Shown here: piece by piece, positions 28,177 through 35,750 of the stretch
Numbering within the stretch: position 1 is the stretch's first letter
How the letters are laid out: each line of letters starts with the position of its first letter
DNA from: Armatimonadota bacterium
GTDB taxonomy: Bacteria > Armatimonadota > UBA5829 > DTLH01
Reading direction: 5' to 3'
Length of the DNA stretch: 64,000 bases
NCBI GenBank assembly: GCA_038207085.1
Contig: JBBRAE010000001.1
Location: 209,627 to 273,626 of the forward strand
The notes under the pieces: model-generated
Told to the model about the DNA's origin: nothing
The model's input: the letters and a program-made list of their open reading frames with translations, nothing else
Databases searched by the model: none
Program-made: the position numbers and the translations under genes

Positions 28177-28428
28177 ATGGAGACTACACTGGAATCAGCG
28201 TTGATTTCTCTTCAAGACACAGACGTAGTCTCTCGCCTCACAGACAGAGAACGGGAAATTCTGCGCCTCATATTCGACGGGAAGTGTTCGAATGAGGTCG
28301 CGTCGGTCCTGTGTGTGAGCAAGAGGACGGTGGATTTCCACCTCGCGCGCGCTTATGTAAAACTAGGGGTGTCTAACCGGTTTCAAGCGTTCAAGCGTGC
28401 TATAGAACTAGGTATTATCGAGAGTTGA
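28177..28428 (+). CDS. Stand-alone LuxR/GerE-type HTH regulator
   Basis: LTDREREIL...G..SNEVA..L.VSKRTVDFHL...Y.KLGV. Confidence 0.92.
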   Translation: METTLESALISLQDTDVVSRLTDREREILRLIFDGKCSNEVASVLCVSKRTVDFHLARAYVKLGVSNRFQAFKRAIELGIIES

Positions 28429-28444
28429 GAGAATAAAGGGGAGT

Positions 28445-28509
28445 GTCTAAGGTGACGAGTGGTGAGCGAGGGGACTCACAGTGTCTCACTCGTCACCAAG
28501 TTCTTAGAC
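28445..28509. terminator. Long imperfect hairpin between convergent genes
   Basis: GTCTAAG-GTGACGAGTG ... CACTCGTCAC-CTTAGAC. Confidence 0.5.
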
Positions 28510-28598
28510 GTCCTCAATAACCTATGGCGCGGTCAAACACGTTCAGCATCGCGCCGTCGCTCTCAAACGCGTCAAGATTCACCATCTTAAGCCCCATA

Positions 28599-29483
28599 TC
28601 ACCCTCCGTGGCTGTCGGCAACTCGAAGCGCTGCCTTTGCGGCGGCGACATCAGCCGGCATCACCACTATCAAGTCTTCCCCAGCGCTGACGCTCTTGCC
28701 GATCGATTCAACCCGCACGGGTTGCGGAGCAAGCTCTGGTTCTACGAATGAGATCCCGCCGTTGTCAGAAAGCCTGGCAGCGAGCTGCAGCAGTTCATCG
28801 TCGGGGGATGGGCACACAAACACCAGGGGTTTGCTGACCGCCATGGCGGCGACCATCTCCACCGCTTCCACCTCTGCATCAGCCTCCCCCATCCTGCCGT
28901 CGTTTTCGATCACTTCGTCAAGGTAGACAGTAAGTGAATCTGCGCCCTGCGAGATCGCAAGCTCAGCGTCATCAAGCGACGATACGACGGCTGAAACTGT
29001 GATCACCCTTCCGTCAGATGTGAAAGTCGGCAGGTCGTCTGCGTCAAAGGTTATAGGGGCGCGAGAATCGGTCTCTGAATTGTCCTGGTAATCGATCACG
29101 CTGTAGATATCCGGGTCGATAATAACCCGCCCGGAGTCAGCGTCGACGATAACCATGCTTTCGGGGCCAACAGAGCTTACTAGACCAGCAACACCAGTCA
29201 TACACGGGACTGAAAGCGGCTGGAGCGGTTCGTCGTCAGACTCACAAGCAATACCGATGATCCGACTGCCCGGAATCATCACGTTCGACCCAATCGCGAG
29301 CACGTCACAGACTATGACCACCTCCTGCCACTCAGCCTCAGGGAGCCCGCTGCGCAGTGCCTTGATTCCGGTCATCATCACGTTTTCAGTAATGCCCGCA
29401 AACCCACGGTCAGAATCCACTACAACACCGACCGCCATCGCCACTCCCGCGTGCCTGCTAACGCCGCCAAGTTCGTGCATCAT
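28599..29483 (-). CDS. Degenerate PTS enzyme I-like protein (PEP-utilising swivel-domain fold, no phospho-His)
   Basis: GVSRHAGVAMAVG N-terminus, VPCMTGV..VIVDADSGRVIIDP and TSDGRVITVSA..GAD echo the PtsI layout; ATGA overlap with the lptA-like gene. Confidence 0.6.
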   Translation of the reverse strand: MMHELGGVSRHAGVAMAVGVVVDSDRGFAGITENVMMTGIKALRSGLPEAEWQEVVIVCDVLAIGSNVMIPGSRIIGIACESDDEPLQPLSVPCMTGVAGLVSSVGPESMVIVDADSGRVIIDPDIYSVIDYQDNSETDSRAPITFDADDLPTFTSDGRVITVSAVVSSLDDAELAISQGADSLTVYLDEVIENDGRMGEADAEVEAVEMVAAMAVSKPLVFVCPSPDDELLQLAARLSDNGGISFVEPELAPQPVRVESIGKSVSAGEDLIVVMPADVAAAKAALRVADSHGG

Positions 29484-30337
29484 TGCTTAGTCTCAGCAGG
29501 CTTGTCCTGCCCTGGCTTTTTCTCAGCAGGCTTGTCCTGCCCGGCTTTCTTCTCTGCAGGCTTGTCCTGCCCGGCTTTCTGCTCTGTAGGCTTGTCCTGC
29601 CCCAATTCTTCATCTAAGTCGAAGTTGAGCGTTGCGCTGGCCGTGCCTGACTCGATCCACTCGCCACCCTCTTTCAGCGACACCTTGATCTCGCCGGGGC
29701 TAGAGAAGGCCTGACCCTTTTCGTCAGTAACGCGCACCCCGCCCGAAAGCGTGACGAACTGAAGGCCCACATCATATACTGCACGAGTACCGACAAGAGT
29801 TCGCCCTTTGGATGTGATTTTGAGGCCGCCTTCGGCCGTAGCAATTTTCTTCTTGTACAGATACTCAAGCTTGTCGCAGACAATGTTGACTGGGTCACGA
29901 AGCTTTGCCGCCACTGAGTCCGGGTTCTTGGTGCCAGCATCGGGCTTTGGGGAGCCCACAAGCTTCACGTTGCCTTCGACCACGTTCTTGCGATCGTTCA
30001 GGTAAGTTGTCGCCTTTTCACCCGTAATGACGTTCTGACCGTCGACGATCTTCAGGTGGCCGACAACAACAGCTGTCTTGCCCTTCTCGTCATAGTCGGC
30101 TTTGTCACCAGTAATAACGGTGTCGCCATGCTTGATAACGACGTTTCCAGTGATGCTGTATGAGCTCGTATCTCCGGCACTGCTCCACTTCCACTTGTCA
30201 CCGTCAATGCTGACCGTCTCTTTGGCCTTCTTTGGCGGGGATGCTTTGGTTTCTGGAGCGCCCGTAGCCATCACGATCGCAATAGAAGCGAGTATCGCAG
30301 CCGACGCGGCTGTCAGTAGTTTGTTTGGTATCCTCAT
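29480..30337 (-). CDS. LptA/OstA-like beta-jellyroll protein (tandem OstA repeats) with repetitive C-terminus
   Basis: Signal peptide; GNVVIKHGDTVITGDKADYD, ITGEKA..Y and CDKLEY OstA-like repeats; downstream of an lptC-like gene. Confidence 0.8.
   Translation of the reverse strand: MRIPNKLLTAASAAILASIAIVMATGAPETKASPPKKAKETVSIDGDKWKWSSAGDTSSYSITGNVVIKHGDTVITGDKADYDEKGKTAVVVGHLKIVDGQNVITGEKATTYLNDRKNVVEGNVKLVGSPKPDAGTKNPDSVAAKLRDPVNIVCDKLEYLYKKKIATAEGGLKITSKGRTLVGTRAVYDVGLQFVTLSGGVRVTDEKGQAFSSPGEIKVSLKEGGEWIESGTASATLNFDLDEELGQDKPTEQKAGQDKPAEKKAGQDKPAEKKPGQDKPAETKQ
29491..29602. repeat. Coding tandem repeat, about 3.7 x 30 bp (GQDKP[TA]E[QK]K[AP])
   Basis: TCTCAGCAGGCTTGTCCTGCCC.GGCTTT.T units with 30-bp period. 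Confidence 0.9.
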
Positions 30338-30981
30338 TGGACTTTACCTGAGTTCCCGGGAGTATCTTCCCCCAGCTTTTCGAGCACTGATACTTCAACG
30401 GCGAGCTTCCCATTGTCCAGTGTCACTTCACCGTTACGTACATCGGCGATGAGGTTGTTTCCAGCAAGACTGCCACCCTTGGAACGAAACACCACTTTAC
30501 CCGGGCAATATAGGTGCTTGTTGAATCCGGTCCAGACGACTTTTTGAGCCTCAGCCTGGTACCCATCGACTGACTTGATCTTTACCCCGTCCGTAACCTC
30601 AACGTTGCCGTTTATCGAATTATACACAGCCTTGCCCGCAGCCACCGTGGCGACAGGTTTCCCACGGTCATAGAGCTTGCCAGCGCGGACATCGGTTAGA
30701 ATAGTGCGCACTCGGCCTCTTGAGACGTCCGCCCGCCTGGCATCGAAGCTCCAAGCGGGCTTGCCATCTTCTCGCCCGGCAATCTCAACATCACGAAGGC
30801 TCATCACCACTTCAGGGTTCCCTATCAAATCGCGCCTGACGTGGTAGGGAGAATAGCCGCGAAAGTGCACCAGGCTTGCAACAAGAGCGGCAAGCACAAC
30901 TGCAGCTATCACAGGGAAAATAAACTTCCTAATTACGGTCGTAGTGTTCATAGCCAGATGCGAAAACTCCCCCCGGCACAT
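30334..30981 (-). CDS. LptC-like LPS export periplasmic protein (start may be 30951)
   Basis: Single N-terminal TM, GKPAWSFDARRA, AGKAVYN..GNVEV.DGV pattern; ATGA overlap with the lptA-like gene. Confidence 0.75.
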   Translation of the reverse strand: MCRGEFSHLAMNTTTVIRKFIFPVIAAVVLAALVASLVHFRGYSPYHVRRDLIGNPEVVMSLRDVEIAGREDGKPAWSFDARRADVSRGRVRTILTDVRAGKLYDRGKPVATVAAGKAVYNSINGNVEVTDGVKIKSVDGYQAEAQKVVWTGFNKHLYCPGKVVFRSKGGSLAGNNLIADVRNGEVTLDNGKLAVEVSVLEKLGEDTPGNSGKVQ

Positions 30982-31023
30982 GTGACACCCAGGGGGAGGC
31001 TCTCATTTCTTAGACGTTCCCGA

Positions 31024-31467
31024 TCAGAACGGGATAATGGGAGGAGGCGGAGCGTTTTCCTTATTGACAACGTATATGTTGCCAAGCGACCCACCACTGT
31101 TCAGCCCAGCAGGGTATGTGACGGATGCCGGATCCTGACTGGTTCCGTTTGCCCTGACCCACCATGTATACACAGCAGGGACGGAACTACTGAGATCAAC
31201 GGAATAGGTGTTCACTCCAGGAGCGCCTGCCATACTGAAACTAATGTTCCCCTGATTGTTGCTTGTGCTAGTGTAGCTGCCGATGGTGACTCTGGCACCA
31301 GCCACACCGTTGCCGGAGTTAAGGTCGACAACTCGGCCTGAAAGACTGAAAGTCCCAGGAGGTACAGGAGGCGTGCCGCCTCCACCTCCACCACCACAAC
31401 CCGATATAACGGCAGCAGTGGCGATCACGCAGGTGATCATCGATATGATACGAAATTTGTTACGCAC
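31024..31467 (-). CDS. Lipoprotein with carboxypeptidase-regulatory-like (Ig/transthyretin-like) domain
   Basis: AAGGAG RBS and GTG; lipobox ISGC plus poly-Gly linker; LSGRVVD..SG.GVAGARVTI motif. Confidence 0.8.
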   Translation of the reverse strand: MRNKFRIISMITCVIATAAVISGCGGGGGGGTPPVPPGTFSLSGRVVDLNSGNGVAGARVTIGSYTSTSNNQGNISFSMAGAPGVNTYSVDLSSSVPAVYTWWVRANGTSQDPASVTYPAGLNSGGSLGNIYVVNKENAPPPPIIPF

Positions 31468-31579
31468 TCTAGTCTCCTTAGCCTGGGGCTCTATCACGGC
31501 CACCCCGGGCGGCGCCAGCCCGTTCTCTCCAGTTAGATTATAATGCAACAAGGCGAGCATAGCAAGCAGATTTGCCAGC

Positions 31580-32671
31580 TTAGCGTTTCATCAGTTCGCA
31601 TACGAGGTCCACGTTGCGAAGTGCGGCATCTTTGAACTCATTGACGTGCTTCACTGCCTTCTGTGAAATGTCCTCGCGCCGCTCCCAAGCATCGAGAATG
31701 CGGGCAGATACCTCAGCGGCGGTCAAATTCTCGATGCTGATCGGCTCCTCACCGATTGCAGCGTTTGTAAAGGCGGCAACCTTCGGATCATAGGCCACAC
31801 CTACAAACGGCACACCAAGAATTGCTGAGAAGATCAAAGCATGCAATCTCATACCCACAAGCATCGAGGTCTTGCCGATGACAGCCATCGTCTGCGCTGG
31901 TGAGAGCTGGTTTGCCACGACTGAGGTCGGAGTCTTCATCTGCGACGCTACATGCACGCTTATGCCAAGATCCTGGTCCTTTTGCATCGGGAGGAATATC
32001 GGGGTGGCGCCTATCTTGTTCGCAGCGTTTTCGATGCCCTGTGCAAGCTCAGGTAGCCAGTGGGCTTGAACCAGCCACGGACGGATCGCTACACCGAGCA
32101 CTTTACCGCCCTCCGGCACACCCGCGGCCTTGAGGATCTCATCTGCCTCCTCTGCCGGTCCTGGCTCGACCGCAAAGGACGGGTCAGCGGTCACAACGAT
32201 CTCCGGGACTGTTACCCCAAGCTCCAATAGATAGTCCCGTGAGCCGGTGTCACGCACACTGATCAGATCGATCTTGTTCAGCACCGAACGCACAGCTCTT
32301 CTGGCCGACGGTTTCGTGAGCGGGCCGATACCCTGTGCGTAGACCATCACTTTCTTGCCCAGTCGCTTTGCGACCCAGATAATCGACAGATAATACAACA
32401 GCGACCGAATACTGGTGACATCCTGAAGGAGGCTGCCGCCACCGGAGAGCAACACGTCACATTCCCGAAGCGCAGAAATCACTTCGGTAGGGTTCATTCT
32501 ATTGACGGCGCGTATCCCGTGCAGTTTGGTAGTCTCTGCCGGGTTGGAAGATAGCGCCGTTATGCCAGTATTCGGGCAACGCTCTGCAAATGAGCCGACT
32601 ATGCCCGAGAGCACAGCCTCATCTCCTGCGTTGCCGTAACCATAATATCCCGAAACAACTACAGCGCCTAC
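31580..32671 (-). CDS. csaB: Polysaccharide pyruvyl transferase CsaB (probable non-canonical start at 32671)
   Basis: VVSGYYGYGNAGDEA, SGGGSLLQDVTS.RSL.YY, AQGIGP, SVRD, TADP, GMRLHALI and YDPKV. Confidence 0.93.
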   Translation of the reverse strand, partial: VGAVVVSGYYGYGNAGDEAVLSGIVGSFAERCPNTGITALSSNPAETTKLHGIRAVNRMNPTEVISALRECDVLLSGGGSLLQDVTSIRSLLYYLSIIWVAKRLGKKVMVYAQGIGPLTKPSARRAVRSVLNKIDLISVRDTGSRDYLLELGVTVPEIVVTADPSFAVEPGPAEEADEILKAAGVPEGGKVLGVAIRPWLVQAHWLPELAQGIENAANKIGATPIFLPMQKDQDLGISVHVASQMKTPTSVVANQLSPAQTMAVIGKTSMLVGMRLHALIFSAILGVPFVGVAYDPKVAAFTNAAIGEEPISIENLTAAEVSARILDAWERREDISQKAVKHVNEFKDAALRNVDLVCELMKR

Positions 32672-34569
32672 TTTGCCACCCCCACAATACTTCGCACGTT
32701 TCTAGTCTTTGTCTTGATCACGTTGCCGCGCTGGCGGAAGAACAAATGGACCAGAACGATCGCAAACAAAATGCCAACTATCGCGCCGATGATGCCCCGA
32801 GCAATCGAGATCGCGACCGGCGTGTGAATATGGCACATCGTGTTAAGAAGCGAAATCTCACCGAACGCCCCAATGACAAGTAGCACCGACGCAAGGTTTC
32901 GTCTCCCGCCAAGCGCCGCCATAATGCCGAAAATAAGCGCGGGGTGACCGACAAGAAACTCCTTGGTGCGCGGACGAACAAAGAGGATCGCGTCAAGGAA
33001 CGATCTGAACTTCAGCTCAATCGACGATACCCCTACCCCTGGTTCGTTTCCTGAACGAAGAACCAAAACCGCCACCATAACAAGCAGCACAAACCCAAGC
33101 CCCGTCTGCCACATAAGCAGTGGCTGAGAGCCGATTGCCCGCGCCCGCTCGATGACTCGAGCTTTCTGAGCGTCCCAACTGTCAGGCCGCCATCCGATTC
33201 CAGCCGCGTAAGCAAATGCAAGGAACATCAGTGGTAAAACAGTCGCAAGCTTTACACCACCAAATTGGTCTATGTGGAGCATAAAGCTGAGTCTTGCAAG
33301 TAGCCCAGCAATGAACAACCCGCCGGTCATCGATATGGCGACGGCACCTGCAAAACGCACAACGGACGGCCACAGATAGACACCAAGTCGGCGCGCGGAA
33401 GACTCGTCCGGCGTCCATGCTCCGGCGTAAAGCACCGCAAGAGTCGGAAAAACGATCGCGCTTGCCAATGCGACCGCCTTCAGACCAATGGCGATACCCG
33501 GAGCCGCCATAGCAGCAAACATAAGAACAGCAACAATCGTCCCAATACGAACAAGCCTCGCGGGAAGACTGACAACCGAAAGAATAAGCAACATAAGTCC
33601 GGCTGCGACGCCCGCAGCCATCACGATTCGGGCGAACACGCCAACTCCAGGGTCCTTAAATGGATGCGCCTGATGAATGGAGAGCCCTTCTTTTTTGAGC
33701 CCGGCAGATATCTTGCTGACGTACTCGGAGTTGGCCGCCAATGGGTCGGGGCTGCTCATATCAAACATCCGTACGTAGATCAGGCGAATATTTCGCTCTC
33801 TCGCCGCTTTCACGAACCGTTCGATCGCGGTCGGCATATCGAGCGTCCCCATCTCAGCTGAAGTGATGCTGTGAACCCGAATCACGTTTGGCAGCATCTT
33901 GAGCGACATTTTGGCATCGCCCTTCTGCTTGGAAAACTCAACTGAGCCAAACGCAATGGAGTTCTGAGTGAAGGATTTGGCTACAGGATCAATCGCGCCG
34001 CGGAAGCCGAGCACCTGATCCGATGCGAAGATAACCGTCTTAACACCAAGCTGCTGGAGTTTCTGGGCGGTAAGCTCCACGTCAGGCTCTTGCACACCGG
34101 GGTAGTTGACGAGCCTTGCGACTATGGGCATATTGAGCTTCTTCGCCGCGTCGAACGCTGCGGCAGGCAGCCCGTAAGGCAGTGAAAGCGCGTAGTCCGG
34201 GGTTCCAGACACGGGTGCGTAAATCGGGCGACTAAGAGGAACGATACTGCCGGGGATAGTCTCTTTGAACACCGTAGTCGGCCCCGGCTTCACGGAAACA
34301 GTGGCGAGGCCCAAGTTTACAAGGACTGCGCCGGTCATCTCCTGCACGGCAACAGTCGTAGCGCCGGATTCCTTGAGCCTGGACAGAACCTCGCGAACGG
34401 ACTTATGAGTCGCCCCGGCAAGGTCGGTCACTTCGGAGTAGTCGACTGCGACCTCGACGGATCTGTTCGCCGTCTCAGCGTCGTACCTGGGAGCAAGCGC
34501 GCCGATTGCGGCGACAATTACCCCGATCACAAGAATCGCTGTCAAAAACCTGTATTGTCTAAAAACCAT
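32668..34569 (-). CDS. DUF5693-family membrane protein (csaB-associated)
   Basis: N-terminal TM, VRVHSI-like IRVHSI, ERNIRLIYVR, F.GVKL, RPRTKEFLVGHP and NTMCHIHTP motifs. Confidence 0.85.
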   Translation of the reverse strand: MVFRQYRFLTAILVIGVIVAAIGALAPRYDAETANRSVEVAVDYSEVTDLAGATHKSVREVLSRLKESGATTVAVQEMTGAVLVNLGLATVSVKPGPTTVFKETIPGSIVPLSRPIYAPVSGTPDYALSLPYGLPAAAFDAAKKLNMPIVARLVNYPGVQEPDVELTAQKLQQLGVKTVIFASDQVLGFRGAIDPVAKSFTQNSIAFGSVEFSKQKGDAKMSLKMLPNVIRVHSITSAEMGTLDMPTAIERFVKAARERNIRLIYVRMFDMSSPDPLAANSEYVSKISAGLKKEGLSIHQAHPFKDPGVGVFARIVMAAGVAAGLMLLILSVVSLPARLVRIGTIVAVLMFAAMAAPGIAIGLKAVALASAIVFPTLAVLYAGAWTPDESSARRLGVYLWPSVVRFAGAVAISMTGGLFIAGLLARLSFMLHIDQFGGVKLATVLPLMFLAFAYAAGIGWRPDSWDAQKARVIERARAIGSQPLLMWQTGLGFVLLVMVAVLVLRSGNEPGVGVSSIELKFRSFLDAILFVRPRTKEFLVGHPALIFGIMAALGGRRNLASVLLVIGAFGEISLLNTMCHIHTPVAISIARGIIGAIVGILFAIVLVHLFFRQRGNVIKTKTRNVRSIVGVAK

Positions 34570-34604
34570 CAGTCCTCGTACCAGCTGTTATAGAATAAGC
34601 GCTA

Positions 34605-35351
34605 TTAGCGCCTGTCGCGAACAATTTTGCGACCACCGAGCAGCAATATGCCGAGCGCTCCGGCGGCGAACCCGCCGATATGCGCCCAGTAAGCGACGCC
34701 ACCAGTGCCTTGCCCCGGACCTGCTGACATTGTCGTGCTGAACACTTGGATAAAGATCCAGTAACCCAGTAACACTACGGCAGGAATGGACACTGTCGTC
34801 ACAAAGAAACCGAGAAAGATGAGCGTAAGCACTCTCGCTTTTGGAAATAGCACCATGTATGCCCCAAGCACAGCCGCAATCGCCCCGCTTGCCCCAACCA
34901 CTGGCACCTGCGAGCTTGGATCACTTAACACGTGCGCCGCTGCAGCCGCAAGCCCACCGATCAGATAAAACGAGAGAAACTTCCAGTGACCGAGAACATC
35001 CTCAACATTGTTTCCAAATATCCAAAGGTAGAGCATATTTCCGCCGATGTGCAATAGGTTGGCATGCAGAAACATCGACGTAAATATGGTAATCCACACC
35101 GGACTTGGGCTGGGGTGCGGGATAGATATAAACCCCTGCCCACGCGACAACAGTTGAGCCGGCAGGTTCGGATCGCCTACCGATATCTGTTTGGGAATCA
35201 TAGTGAAATCCCAAAGTGCCCCGACAGGGATACCGTGGTAGTTTCCACCGCCGGTAATGTCCACCAGATAAGCGACAATATTGAGCACAACAAGCGCGTA
35301 CATAACATACGGCGTAATGCGCGAAGGGTTATCATCTCTAAGCGGGATCAT
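34605..35351 (-). CDS. Rhomboid-family intramembrane serine protease
   Basis: MIPLRDDNP, TSMFLH, HIGGNMLYLWIFGNNVED, GASGA and AYWAHIGGF. Confidence 0.96.
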   Translation of the reverse strand: MIPLRDDNPSRITPYVMYALVVLNIVAYLVDITGGGNYHGIPVGALWDFTMIPKQISVGDPNLPAQLLSRGQGFISIPHPSPSPVWITIFTSMFLHANLLHIGGNMLYLWIFGNNVEDVLGHWKFLSFYLIGGLAAAAAHVLSDPSSQVPVVGASGAIAAVLGAYMVLFPKARVLTLIFLGFFVTTVSIPAVVLLGYWIFIQVFSTTMSAGPGQGTGGVAYWAHIGGFAAGALGILLLGGRKIVRDRR

Positions 35352-35609
35352 AACTCCGCCTCCCTGCGTCCCATAGCACTAATACCGGATAGCCTAGCGC
35401 ATAGCGCCGCCGATCCTGAATCCGTCGGCCTTCGCCACTCTCGCGTCGAAGCATCTGCACGCAAAACAATGACCACAGCAGTAAATAAGAACCAGATGAA
35501 GCGTGCAGTAGATTCTAACACAAAGCGTTCATGGTGTAAACGTAGCGGGCTGACGACCGTATGCAAACGTATACAATGGCGGGTGCAGCGCTTATGCCAA
35601 CGATGTGCA

Positions 35610-35722
35610 TTGACGAGCGCCTGCTTTATTAGGTACAATCATATTGATGAATTAGATGGCGAATGCCGCCTTTCGACGGCGCTATCCGCGCCGTCTCTTA
35701 TTGGCTGGCGCGGATAGCGCCG
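35610..35722 (+). promoter_or_regulatory. Promoter and 16-bp-stem leader hairpin upstream of the GH116 gene
   Basis: TTGACG-N18-TACAAT (35610-35639); perfect CGGCGCTATCCGCGCC / GGCGCGGATAGCGCCG (35677-35722). Confidence 0.5.
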
Positions 35723-35750
35723 CCGGGAAAGTGAGAAAACACGAGTCGCA

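Noticed and set aside
17991..32671. Alternative genetic code (stop reassignment) as the cause of the odd TAG overlaps
   Set aside because: TAA, TAG and TGA all end conserved genes at the expected positions, and ordinary ATGA/GTGA overlaps occur elsewhere in the window.
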